A stretch of 57,728 nt of DNA, filler included, from Thelocarpon superellum (GCA_026025795.1; 3 parts of 3 records of this genome joined end to end with filler, not necessarily neighbours in it); one strand, 5' to 3'. Positions 11,093-23,344 are shown, counted from the first letter of the whole stretch. Numbers and translations: made by a program. The notes: generated by a model from the letters alone, not told the origin.

Positions 11093-14000
11093 ATGTCGAC
11101 GTCGTCGACACAGTCGCGGGGCCTGAATCGACGCATCAACAGCCTCCAGAACAATGGCCGCTCCTCCTCCAGCGCCTCGGCGATGCGGCAGCGCCTCGTC
11201 AGCTGGAACGATGCCTACCTGGCCGCGCTGAGCGTCGCCTACCTCCACTACCTCCTCCAGCCGCGACCCCGCCGCCTACAACATGTCGCGGCCCTGCCCC
11301 CCATCCAACGCACCTCCTCGTCCATGCATGACCTGATGAAGGATTTTGCCATCGTCAAGGATTCTAAGAGCACCCGCTTCCCTCATGGCTTCATGTCCGA
11401 GCTGGAGAAGAGTCTGACGGGGGTGCTGATGGGCAAGGACCGCCGGCCCGAATACCAGGACCCCGTCGTCAAGCGGACCTTTGCCGTCTTCTACACCGCC
11501 TTCACCGAGCAGAGCTTCCGCAAACGCATGGAGCAGGATCGGCGGGTCGAGGATTTGGTCCTGATCTTCTTCTCCAGCGCCACCAAGGAGCTGCAGAAGG
11601 GCCAGGCCCCCAACGACGACAAATGGAAGCTGATGGTTGACCGCCATGTCGCGCTCTTCGTGCGACTGGTCAGCGCCACGCTGAAGGACCATGACTGGGT
11701 CCGCGACCGTCCGGAGTTGACCAGCCGCCTGGCGACCCTCGAGCAGAAACTACTAAAGCATGACCAAGATCTCTCGGCCGACTCGCAGCGAGCCGGAGGA
11801 GCCGGTGGCACGTCCATCGAGGTGGAGGTGCCGCGGAGTTACGACGTCAAGGATATGCCGCTGGTCCTCGTCGTCGGCCGCGTCTTTGGCCTCTCCCCGG
11901 CCCAGATGCAAACCGACATCAACAAGAACCGTCCGGTGTGGAGCGAGAAGGCGGCCTTGCAGGACCTGAAGACGTACCAAAACCTGTTGAACCTCAACTC
12001 CCGCCGGACCCTGGGCAGCGACGATTTCGATCTCGAGGAAGCCTACGAGGCGTGGCGGCAGGCCGAGGGCCCGGATCTATCGCGCATGATGTTGGCCATC
12101 ATGAAGTCCAACCCGCAGCTAGCACAAGGGGCCCCAGGCAGCTCGGCCCAACGCAGCCAGCCCGGGACCAATGGAGTCTCCATGGCCAGTCCCGGCGCCA
12201 CGCGATCCAGCACGCCGTGGAAGGTGTCGGACCTGGATGGCCAATCGTCATACGCGCTGGATCAGCCCGCCGACGTGCGGGGACTACAGTTCGATGGCAG
12301 CGGATCTGAGGTGTCAGACGATGGCGAGCACCCCTTCATCTTCATCCCGCCGGATCCACGCGCCTACTATCGCTTCGTCTTGATGCAGGCGGTCAGTCAT
12401 GATCTCCAGGATTCGGCGGTCCAGCATGAGTCGGGTCAGGAGACGCCGCGGGTGACCTTCCTGGCCAAGCCGAGCACCGAGCTCCTGAACGAGATCGTCC
12501 TCCGTTGGCGCATTCCCACTTTCTCCCGCCTCGTGCTCTTCCTAGACGTCATCCGCGAAAAGTTCGTGGAGCAAGAGATCGACCTGGATACGCTCGACGC
12601 CGCCTTTGATTACGTCAAGGAGCCCCCGCCAGAGCCCCGACGATCTTCCGTCGCCCCATCCGAGACGACGCCCTTTGGCAATCGCTCGCGATGGACCATG
12701 GCCGATTTCACCCTCAATCGGCAGATCCTGTCGGCCCTGCACGACGCGCTGCTCCGTGATCTGTACGACATGATCATGCACTGCTACGAACCCAAACCCC
12801 CGTCCATCGGACCGGTCATGCTCGTGCTCGAAAATCACGTCACCAACGACCCGCTCTTCGCCAAGAATCCCGAGGAGGACCGCCAGTTCTCCGAACAATT
12901 GGCCGATGGGCTCCATCAACGGGCCAAGGACGTGTACGCTGACTTCCTGGCCAAGGAGATCCCCCATTCGCAGGATGAATGGCAATTTTACCACGTCATC
13001 CAGCTCGGCAAAGCCGTGATGAAGCTGGCCGAGCGGATCCAGAAACGCTATCGGAAGAACGCAGAGATCATGGGGTGAGTGGTGCAGCAGAGAAAGGTGC
13101 TAGGTGGGTTTGCTTGCAGCTGACGCGGTCGATGCAGGGTCAACCCCTTGATCATCTTGCTCGAGACCGTCCTTCCTTCTTACGGCGCAGATACGCGGGA
13201 CATAGTACAACGGATCGTCCAGGTTGCGAAAAGCCGTGAGGAAGACGTGGATATCCAAGATGGCTTTGAGCTCTATCGGGAGCTCTCAGAGATCCGACGC
13301 ATCCATACCGACGCGTTGCCCCGGTATGGCTGGCTGGCTCCCATGGTGTCGCCTGGCATGCACCTGACTGACGCAACCTAGCATCCCGTTCGCCTTTCAC
13401 GTCGAAGGGCTGCTGGCGGATTTCGTGTGGCGCTGGGTGCGTATGACGGACGAGAAGATCGTAGAATGGGTGGAGCAAGCGGTGAAGCAAGACCACTTCC
13501 AGGTGCGCACGGAGGGGTCGGACGAGCCGCCGACGGACGAGGAGCGCCACAGCGTCTCCGTCATCGACGTCTTCCGCTCCTTCAACCAGGCCATCGACCA
13601 AGTATCGCAGTTGAACTGGGACGACGATCTGCAGTATGCGCAGTTCATGACGGCCCTGTCCAAGTCGATCGGAGCCGGCCTGATGCGATACTGCGAGCTG
13701 ATCGAGCAGAAGTTCAGCAAAGAGATGGATCGCCTCTCGCCAGAACAGATGGTGGCGGCCTCGCAGAGCCGGCAAGAGCGATGGGTGCAGCTGGCCCGCG
13801 ATGCGTGGAACAACCGCGAGAAAATTGAGCCTTTTCAATTCTTTCCCGAGGTACGTGGCTCTCGAATGAAGTCGGAGGCCGCGTGACGCTGACGTGGCCG
13901 GCAGTCCTTCGTGAAGCTCAACAACATCGAATGGGCGACGGAGCAATTGGATCGGCTAGAAAAGAGCATCAACGTTGACGGGTGTGCCGACGTGATTCAA

Positions 14001-15447
14001 AAGCATGCGGCGGCATCGGGTCAACGGCCACGGCGGACAAACACCTACGTCTTCACTATCAAGATCGTCGAGGCCGAGGACCTGAAGGCATGCGACATCA
14101 ACGGGTTGAGTGACCCGTACGTCGTCTTGGGGGACGAGTACCAGAAGCGGCTGGCCAAGACACGGATCATCTATGCCAACCTCAATCCGCGATGGGATGA
14201 ATCGGTGGACATCACAACCCAAGGGCCGTTGAACATCATCGCAACGGTGTGGGACTGGGACAGTTTGGGAGACCACGACTGCGTGGGCCGGACGTCTATC
14301 AAGCTGGATCCCTCGCACTTCAGCGATTACCTGCCCCGCGAGTACTGGCTCGACCTGGACACGCAAGGGCGCCTGCTCCTCCGGGTCAGCATGGAGGGCG
14401 AGCGCGACGACATCCAGTTCCACTTTGGCAAGGCCTTCCGCACGTTGAAACGGACGGAGCGGGACATGACGCGCACCATCACCGATAAACTCTCGGCCTA
14501 CATCCACCACTGCCTCTCACGCAGCGCCCTCCGCAGTCTGCTGAACAAAGGCATCACCATGTCGTCGGTGTCTAGCCTCTTCCGGGGCCAGCGACCGACG
14601 CCCGCCCCAGCCGGCCCGACGCAGGTAGAGATCACCAACGCGCTCACCCCACTGTTTCAGTACTTTGACGACAACTTTGCCATCATGAAGCAGACGTTGA
14701 CCGACGCGGCCATGGTGATGGTGATGACGCGTCTGTGGAAGGAAGTGCTGTCGACCATCGAGGGATTGTTGGTGCCGCCCTTGTCGGACAAGCCGTCGGC
14801 GCAGCGGCCACTCTCACAACAGGAGCTAGACATTGTCTTCCAGTGGCTCCAGGTACGCCGGCCCCGACGGAGGATAGCCGCGTTCGCGATCGCTAACCTG
14901 ACCCTAGCTACTGTTCAACTTTTTCTATGCCATAGACGAAGAGACGGGGCAGTCCGACGGGGTGCCGATGGACGTGCTCAAGTCGCCCAAGTATCACGAG
15001 ATCCAGTCGCTGAACTTCTTCTACTTTGAGGCGACGGAGAATCTGATCCGCACATCGGAGCGAATGGCGTCGGCCACGGCGGCCCGACAGCAGCAGCAGC
15101 GGAACCGGCTGTCGGCGCCGAGCATGCTGGGGGGCGGGCACTCCTTCGGCGGCGCCGCCAGCCTGCTCGGGATGCCGTCGACACGGCGCTCCAAGTCCAT
15201 CATGCTCAGTCGCAATCTGGGCACCATGCGCAAGGCCAAGGAGGAGAAGCGCAAAGAGGCCCAGGCCGACCCCAATGACGATATGATCCTCCGCATCCTG
15301 CGCATGCGACCTGACGCTGTCGCCTACCTCCGCGACCGCAGCCGGCAGAAGGAGCGGCTTGCAGCTGCTGCTGCCGCCGAGCTGATCGTGCGACAGAGTC
15401 TGGCGAGCGGTGGGGGGCGGCTGATGGCCAACGTGCCGCGTCGATGA
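11093..15447 (+). CDS. Munc13-like MUN/C2-domain protein (Git1 / YOR296W-like), about 1374 aa, 5 exons
   Basis: Exons 11093-13074, 13138-13323, 13382-13850, 13905-14852 and 14908-15447 join in frame. C2 domain 'FTIKIVEAEDLKACDINGLSDPYVVL...NLNPRWDE..VWDWDSLGDHD' is flanked by MHD1-like ('HSVSVIDVFRSFNQ', 'VKLNNIE') and MHD2-like ('LTPLFQYFDDNFAIM') helical regions. Start codon uncertain. Confidence 0.88.
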
Positions 15448-15802
15448 GGAATGGATTGGAATGGATTGGAATGGAGAGGAGATGACATTAACCGCGCCGA
15501 GGGGGAAAAGGATGGGACAGGACACGAGAGATGATTGTCAGATACCACTTCACCGGCGTTCTTTCTGAAGCGGGCAATCTGGTCTACTGGTCTACTCTCT
15601 GCATGGCGAGCGAGCGAGCGTGGGATTTTGCCGGTGCTTGTACGGTTTGACGTCTTCAAGGCGATGCCGCCAATGATCAACGATATCCTGGGCTCGGGGG
15701 CTTATCGGAGGACAGATGGATGAATGGATGTGTAGGCTACAGTACAAAGGTGGGTGGTGAGTCCTAAGTACACGGTGCAAAACTCCGCCAAATCTAGTAG
15801 AT

Positions 15803-16456
15803 CTAATACTCGTCGCCTGCTTTCCGTGCCTGGTGGACGTCAGTATGGGTGGTGGGATGGAGCAGGATGAGAGGGTCCAAAGCAACCTACCCTGACCGTC
15901 AGGGGCCCCCCCAGCTCCTCCTCCAAGCCCCCCGGAAACTCCCGCGGCGCCGATGGCCGATCAGGATAGACAAGACCGATGGCACCGGCGAGTGCGAAGA
16001 CGGAGGCGACGAACACGCCCAGATGTAATGCCGCTCGGCCCGGTGGTGCGTGCGTATACTCGTAGGGCGAGAACATGGCCAGCCGGTCGTTGTCTTCGTG
16101 CACAGGCTCGCCGAAGTTGCGGCGTTCTTGCTTGTCCCACCAGTCGGCGTGTGGGTCGCGGTGCTGTCGCTTGATGGCTGGTGGGTTGACGTAGCCGCCG
16201 TTCTGGAGGGCGAGGAGCCAGCGGTCAGGATGATACGAGAGTGGCTCATAGGGCGATAAGAATCCCAGAAGGGTACGGTGGCTCGTGGGAAGATGGAAAT
16301 GCTCAGGACAGGACATACCATGTTGGGGTCATCAATGTCCGCCTGTGAGAGGTATCGGACAGAGGTCGTCGTCGTCGGTCCTCTTGATGCCGTGCTTCTC
16401 ATCGTCTGACCGACCCATGTTTGCGGACGGGCGGCGATCAATCGTCGTGACAACAT
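15803..16456 (-). CDS. NDUFB8: Complex I accessory subunit NDUFB8/ASHI, 3 exons
   Basis: Exons 16456-16319, 16202-15891 and 15829-15803. Presequence, then 'DPNMNGGYVNPP..KRQHRDP..DWWDKQERRNFGEPVHED', one TM helix, and 'PDRPSAPREFPGGLEEELGG'. Confidence 0.92.
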
Positions 16457-16837
16457 CCCCCGACGGCCAGGTAGCACTTGGCCAACTCCAGGGATGAGTC
16501 TCACGGATTCACAAAGCAAATTGAACAGCAGGCGAACAAGGTGGGCCCAGGTTCGAGGTGCGGTGCTCTCTGCCTCTCTCGACGTCGCTTCCTTGTTGCG
16601 GGTCAAGCGCCATGGCCCCGCACGTGACTCTCTCCTACGAGAAATCCGCCGGACCCAAAGATTCTCTCCTCTCGCCTGGACGGCCAGAATCACCGGAATC
16701 GCCAGAATCTTCGTTTTCGACTTGCATTTGCAACGTCTCGCTGCACCCCCGTGACAGCCCACGATGCGTAGCAGAGGCAGAAACTCCTCGACACTGTCAA
16801 CCCGTCCCACCCCGGCAGCTGTGGTGGCACTGCAGAA

Positions 16838-19283
16838 ATGCGAGGAGCGCGCGACCGGACGTCCGCCGCCACTCCGAAACAATCCCTCGACACGGTGAAT
16901 CACTCCAAGCCCGACGCGTCGCCTAGGTCGTCACCCACGCCCCAACCCACGGGCTCCCCCGCCGCCCCAAATGGCACGCCGCACGCCTCCGCCGACGGCC
17001 AGGTCAATGGCGTCTTGGCCGACAAACCAAATGACATGCATGGCGACCTGGACCCTGACCGCGAGGACGGTCGAGCGTCGAGTAAGCGGAGGAAGCTCAG
17101 TGGCGTCGGCGCATCCGCCGCCTCCGCCTCCGCCTCCGCCTCCGTCTCCGCCATCCGGCCCATCTCCCCGCCCTGGAAGAGAATCGTCGTTGAGGGGCCC
17201 ACGTCCTTCGTCGAGGGCGGCCGGCGCAAGTCCTCCCGCACCAACGCCGTCCCGCTCGAGCTGCAGCCCCAGTCGGACAAACGCCAGACCCGATCCGCCC
17301 AGCAGCGGACCCCGACCAGCAAGAGCCGCTATGGAGGCGCCTTCATCACTCCGTCCCAGACGCCCAAGTCGCCCTCGACCAAGATCACCCGAGGACTGAC
17401 CCGGTCCGTATCCATGGGCCGGCCCCCAGCGAATCATACCGCTGGCAAGACGCTGCCGCGCCATCCCCCCGCCGCCGCGGATCCCCCGGCCAAAAAGTCA
17501 CCCGCCAAGTCCTCGTCCCTGAAGCATCGAGCCTCTGCGCCGACCATGCGCGGCGCGTCCAAAGCAGCGTCGCGTGCCTTGCCGCCACGGAGCCCGCAGC
17601 GCACCCGTCGTTCCGCGCGCACGTCCGATCTCGCCGCCACCCGCCGAGAGGCCACCGCTCCGCACCACGAGACACCCGAGGGCACTGATGAGCCCAGCAG
17701 CATCTGGAGTTCTCCGGAGCCCGAGGAACTGCCTCCAAACGCCAAAACGCCGCGCCTCAAATTCAAGGTCAAGATGCCGACCGTCCCCATCCAACACCCC
17801 CTCCACGTCGTCCCCCCACGACTCTTCCCCTCCTTTCGCGACTGGCTGGAGCACGATGATCCGCTCTCGGGGGAAGATACGCGCCGCATGACGAACGAAG
17901 ACGCCGAGCGCGAAGCCCGCATGCGCACCCGCATCCTCGACGCCTCCCGCCCCGGTGGAGCGCTCAGCGAGGAGAAATGCGCCGTGTACGCCATCCCGGC
18001 ACAGGAGGAGCCGGATCGGCAGTATGCCCACCACGATCATCTCGTCTCCCAGGTCTTGTACTTTCGGAAGCTCTTGGGCAACGAACGCCGGCTGCACCTC
18101 GGCGCTGCCAAACGACTCGCGTACGCGGCGGCGGCCGAGTGGAGGAAACGACAACCAAAGACCGAGGACGATCGTCTGAACGAACAGTACAACGCGAACC
18201 GTGCCCACTACCGGCTGGTACGCAAGAGTCTACAGGTCAAATGGGACATGATCGCGACGGAAGTGGCCCGCCGACGGCGGGAGCGGTGGGAAGAAGAACA
18301 GCAGGCCCTGGGGAAGCAGGCCCTCAACCAAATGCTGGAGAAGTCCACCCATCTGCTCGACGCACGGCGAGCACGACGCTCATCCGAACTCGTCAGTGAT
18401 GACGAATCCGGCGCCGGCGACCTGTCTCACGCCGATGCGTCGGCCGATGAGCCCGAGGACGAGAGCGATAAGAGCGACGAGGGCGGGGGCGATGATGATG
18501 ATGACGACGATGAGAGCAACATGTCGACTAGCGAAGCTGGGAGCGAGGAGCCCCCCGGGCCTCTCGGTGTCGATGACGATGAAGGTCTGACCGTGGATCA
18601 GCTCCGACGTAAATACGCCCGGCTCCCGGATACCGTCCACGCCTCGATCGATCAGGACGATGATGAGCCGGAACTTGACGATGACACTTCGATGCTTTTT
18701 GGCCAAGACTCAGAAGTCGAGATCACTGATACAGCCGCACCGGGAGAGGACATAGTCGAAGCCGAGATTGAAGAAGTCGATGATGCCCTCCTGGACGACA
18801 GCGATGCCTCGACCGACATGGATGATGACATGGGCGACAGCGATGAGGGAGGCGAGGGCTCGAGCGAGGAGGAAGATGAGGTCGACGATGAGGTCGCGAG
18901 CGAGGATGACCAGGCCCCGCCAGGCTTGCTGGGATTCTTCAGCAAACGCGAACTCCTCGTGGAAGAGCCGTCAGAGAAAGGTATCGACGACGTGATAGAG
19001 GATGCTTCCCCTCTCGCGCCCGATCCAAGCAAGCGCCAGGTGGTCCCCGACGCCTCGTCCATACCAACACCACCCTTAGGGGATGTCACCAGCGGGACCC
19101 GCGGCACGCCCGATGAGCATCCTCCCCCTCCCAACGAGGATGTTATTCAGCACCTACCCAGTCGCCACGCGTCGCCCGGCACGAATACGACGGCCAAGCC
19201 CTCCGAGATAGATGCCTCGTCCGTGGAGATGCATGCCGGCAGCCAGCATCCCTCGTCCACCACCACACCCCAACCCTCGTACC
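16838..19283 (+). CDS. SWR1: Swr1 chromatin-remodelling ATPase, N-terminal part (HSA region); truncated at contig end
   Basis: 'SPPWKR..EGPTSFVEGGRRKSSRTNAVPLELQP', an HSA-like helix 'HHDHLVSQVLYFRKLL..E..LHLGAAKRLA', 'ALNQMLEKSTHLL' and a long acidic tract. The ATPase domain is not in the window, and the start is uncertain. Confidence 0.82.
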
Positions 19284-19383
19284 NNNNNNNNNNNNNNNNN
19301 NNNNNNNNNNNNNNNNNNNNNNNNNNNTTAATTAATTAANNNNNNNNNNNNNNNNNNNNNNNNNNNNNNNNNNNNNNNNNNNN
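19284..19383. other. Artificial contig spacer (N44-TTAATTAATTAA-N44)
   Basis: N runs flank a palindromic linker with stops in all six frames. It cuts an open ORF. Confidence 0.97.
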
Positions 19384-20402
19384 CTCCGTAAAACTCTCGG
19401 CTCTAACACGAGTAATCCCGCCAACCATGTGCCCTTCGACCTAAACTACCGGGTCCGGCAGTCACGCGGCTATTCCTCACCAGATATACAATTGATAAGA
19501 CTGAAAGGTACGAATGTGAAGCGTTTTGGCATTGTTTCATCAACCTTGAGCGTCATGGTAGGTGTTTCAAAACGACATTGGCACCAGTGTTGCCCAACCA
19601 TGCCCTTCCTCCGCCTTCTCGTCTGCGAACTTCGGTCAATTGCGAGTCAGCGTTTGCCATACTCAATTCTTGACGATCGAATAAGACGTGTGGAAGAAGA
19701 GGAAAACAACGAGACCGAAGAATTACCTCCTGTATCCCCGACCTCTGTAATGGCACAAACCTGAACAAGGTGTATTATCCACATAGGCCGTGTGAAGCTG
19801 AGTACTCCAACCAGGTCGGGGATCGGGAAGGTACATGCTGCCCCATCTGGAAGATGATTTCGCCAAGCGCGACAGCGAGGCCAACAGACTCTGTCTCTGA
19901 GTAGTTACTGGCGAAGGCCATGGAGACTCATCGCCCGGTGGGCGTGTACGTGTATACCAGGCGCAGAATCTCCTCTTTGGGGATTCTCGGCGGTAACCTC
20001 CCTCGTTGTCGTAGCCCCGACTCGAGTTACTTCCCTGCCTTGACTTCTTTGGACTGGGATCGACACAGGCAATGTATGTATTGCCTAAGAATTCCTTTTT
20101 GTTTGGCAGACGTCAGACGATTGGCAACAGCTTCGGGATGCAGCTCACGGGGCCAATTGGCCCCGGGCCCCATGGATTGTCGAGCCCCACTAACATACTA
20201 CAGCTGTTGGAGCGCGCACGTGATCTGATCACGTGCCCGCTCCTATTACTATCCCGACTACGCGTAGAATAGCAATTCAGCTCTGATTCCTACACGAGCA
20301 ACTATTGTAGTTCGAGGTGCGATCCGATAGCAATCATAGATTCACCTTCCACAGCCACCGACCCAATTTGATGGTCAAAACGATAAAGTACCACATAGAA
20401 GC

Positions 20403-21326
20403 ATGACACCTCGCATCTGCATGTTCTTTTCGCCCGCCAGTCTGCGTCACCTGACCGCTGGAGGAATGCCACCGCTCCCATCAAGCGGGGCGAGGGCCCT
20501 TTCCAGTGCACGTTCCCTCTCGAGCTCGTCTCCTTCCATCCTGGCCTGCAGACGATTCCAGGCGATGATGCGGGGAGAGATGACGATGGTGCTGAGCCAG
20601 CACCGCCCCGCCTTCTTGCCCTCACTACGTCCGCAGCAGCAGCGGAGAACGATCCAGCTTCCCCCCCGTCGCGCCATTGCCGATCACGAAATCACGGAGA
20701 CGTTCTTGAAAGGGAGTGGACCGGGTGGACAGAAGATTGTATGTCTCTCCACATACCATATGCTTGCATTTTCCCTTTCCATGATATCTTTGCCACTGCT
20801 CCTTCTTGCGCTCTTCCTTTCATCTTTGCCAGCGCTACTTTCGTGCGTCCTGCCCGTTCACGTACTGCCATCCGTCCTTCCTGACGAAAGCTAAACTGAC
20901 CTTGACCCGCAGAACAAAACATCTTCGGCCGTCCAACTGAAACACCTGCCGACAGGTCTAGTGGTAAAATCACAAGCGACGCGATCACGAAGTCAGAACC
21001 GCAAGATCGCGCGGCGAATCCTAGGGGAGCAGTTGGAGGTACGAGAACTGGGCGATGCAAGTCGGGTCAAGATCAAGGCGGACACGATGAGGAAGAAGAA
21101 GGCGAGTGCCTCCAAGAAAGCGAGGCGGAAGATTCGGAAAGTAAAAGGCGAGAAGCTGTTGCCGGGACCGCAAGGAGTTGAGGAGGATGGCGATGCACGC
21201 CACGACAGAGGTGATGAGGCGCGGGTGGAGATAGACGAGGAGATCCCTGCGCATCGGGCAGAACCCCCGGAGCACGAAGTCGAGATCAACAGCTCAATTG
21301 ACCTCACCGACCGGAAGATCCCCTAA
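20403..21326 (+). CDS. Mitochondrial class I release-factor homologue, RF-1 domain only (C12orf65/MTRFR, yeast Rso55-like)
   Basis: 'ITETFLKGSGPGGQKI|NKTSSAVQLKHLPTGLVVKSQATRSRSQNRKIARR' contains GGQ and is followed by a basic tail. Intron 20739-20912. The start could be 20403, 20421 or a later ATG. Confidence 0.9.
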
Positions 21327-21958
21327 CGTTGCTGCAGACACTATAGATATAGCGCTACACGATAAGAGCATGATGGGTAGATGGTCATATGAAGAGAGCT
21401 CCCTTCCTCCGCAGCCCCGTGTGTTATTGCACCGTTCCTTGGAGAAAAAGACCTACAGAGTTCTCCGTACACACACAATTCATGGAACAAGAGGCTGACA
21501 GAGTCCTCCGCACACGCACATTTCCACTTCACGAACAGCATACTGAGTCCTTCACGTATATCTATTCAACACGGGAAAAGAGCTACAGGGTCCTCCTTGT
21601 ATCGCCATAGCTGCAGACGCAACAATCATCATGGTCATCGTTGAACAAGCGTGTCCCCCTATTGATTCACATGACGCCAGAGTCGAGACACTGGCTTTTC
21701 TACTTGCGGAGGTGAAGGGTGAAGTGAAGGTGAGAGGTAGGGGCGAAGTAAAGTCAAGTCAAGTCAAATCAGGTGGTGGAATTATCAAAGGAAACTAATC
21801 TACATGACACTCCGTCATATCCCTTACCCTGTTCCCCCCTGCCCATCTCCATCTCCATCCCAGCCCATGCCCTGGGTCTCCTTTTTCCACTCATTCCACC
21901 ACCTGATCTCCCTCCCACCCTCCTCCTCCCTCCTCCCCCCTCACTCATCTCCACCCGT

Positions 21959-23344
21959 TCAGGCGGTGGAGGTCTCGTCGCCGGTGGGGCCCGGGGCCGG
22001 GGCGGAGGCAGCAGCCGTGGCGGCGGCACGGGCGGCACGGCGGGCGACCCGCTCCGCGTAACGGCGGGCCGCGCGGTTCGGACGCGTGGCGGGGCCGGGA
22101 GAAGAGCTGGAGGCGGAAGGCGAAGCGGGAGAAGGAGCGGACGGCTCGGCGGGACCTCCGGCTGCGGGAGCAGCGGGGCCAGCAGGGCTAGGCCCTGAGG
22201 TAGAGGGCGCGGGCGCGGGCGCCGACGGAGAAGGAAGAGGGGGAGGAGGGGGGGGAAGCGGGCCGCGAGGGCCAATGGCAGGGAGACGCCGAGTGAGCCA
22301 GGCGTGACCGTTCCAGATCAAAAAGTCCATGTAGAGGACGCGCGGGGTGATGGGGACGAGCTTGAACTTGGTCACGTAGCCCCACTTGCGCAGCCAGAAC
22401 CAGAAGCGCGTCTTGTCGTTCAGCGGGCCGATGGTGTCGAGGAGATCCTGGACGTCTCCCGGCGTGAATTCCGTCCGACCCTCGGCGATCGCGGTCGTCA
22501 CGGCCAGTTTGGCCTCGATGAAGCCCATCGAGTTGCCCTGGGGGGACGATTCCGTGTCGACTTGGGCTTGTGGCTCGTCGAGATCGGGCGGTGGGGGGGC
22601 CGGCGCGATCGGGCGATGGAGGCCCCGCGACGCCGTGGTGAGGAGCGGGAAGGCAGGCGTGTCCTCCATGTCGTAGTACATGTCGAAGACGTTCGCTTGG
22701 GATGAGGCCATCGCGCGGTGGAGACGTCGGCGAGGCCGGCCTTGGTTGTGCACGGTGAGGGCGGCGGCGGCGGCTATTCGGCGCACGGTGGCTGCGGGGA
22801 GCTGGTTGGAAGGGTCGTCGTCGCTCTGTTCGGCGAAGCTGAGGCCACCGCTGCTGCTGCTGCTGTTGTTGTCCGAGATGGAGGTGCTGCGGGTGGAGGT
22901 GCTGGAGTCGCCAGGTAGATGGTAAGCGCGGAGAGAGCGGTGATGGTGATACGGGTGATGAGAGAGGATCAGAGAAGAATCACCATGGAGCTGGGTTGAG
23001 AGCCGGGTGGAGAGCCTTCTGACTTCGCGTGCTATTCTAGCTCGGCGGTCGACCGGGTCCACTATCACATCGTCGACGTTCTCGCTATCGTTGCTGTCGG
23101 TGAAGCTCACGCTCACGCTCGCGGTCTCGCTGCCGGTGTGGCCGTTGTGCTGACTGATACGTTCGGTCACTGCGTCCTCGTCATCGTCATCGTCTTCATC
23201 CTCATCCTCATCTCGGTCGCTGCCGTGCGCGTTCACGACCTGCGGGGCGACCCCGTTCTCGCGGTCAAAGTAGGCCTGCAGCCCGCGTGCGTATAGCTCG
23301 TCTGCTGCCTCGTGGGCTGCACGTTCACGCAGTTCGTTTGACAT
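21959..23344 (-). CDS. Hypothetical intronless protein, about 461 aa, largely low complexity
   Basis: Long uninterrupted ORF with ATC-ATG start context, a pyrimidine-rich leader and GC3-rich codons. No family recognised. Confidence 0.65.
   Translation of the reverse strand: MSNELRERAAHEAADELYARGLQAYFDRENGVAPQVVNAHGSDRDEDEDEDDDDDEDAVTERISQHNGHTGSETASVSVSFTDSNDSENVDDVIVDPVDRRARIAREVRRLSTRLSTQLHGDSSLILSHHPYHHHRSLRAYHLPGDSSTSTRSTSISDNNSSSSSGGLSFAEQSDDDPSNQLPAATVRRIAAAAALTVHNQGRPRRRLHRAMASSQANVFDMYYDMEDTPAFPLLTTASRGLHRPIAPAPPPPDLDEPQAQVDTESSPQGNSMGFIEAKLAVTTAIAEGRTEFTPGDVQDLLDTIGPLNDKTRFWFWLRKWGYVTKFKLVPITPRVLYMDFLIWNGHAWLTRRLPAIGPRGPLPPPPPPLPSPSAPAPAPSTSGPSPAGPAAPAAGGPAEPSAPSPASPSASSSSPGPATRPNRAARRYAERVARRAARAAATAAASAPAPGPTGDETSTA

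Noticed and set aside
19328..19339. TTAATTAATTAA palindrome (also 38561-38572) as a transposon TTAA site
   Set aside because: Embedded in N runs and identical in both places, so it is an artificial linker.
19745..19754. CTGTAATGGC, resembling the fungal SRP RNA 5' motif
   Set aside because: No recognisable helix-8 motif or Pol III terminator at the expected distance. An Infernal scan would settle it.
21443..21610. Repeat units as a CRISPR-like array
   Set aside because: Repeats are too degenerate, the spacers are related to each other, the context is eukaryotic and there are no cas genes.
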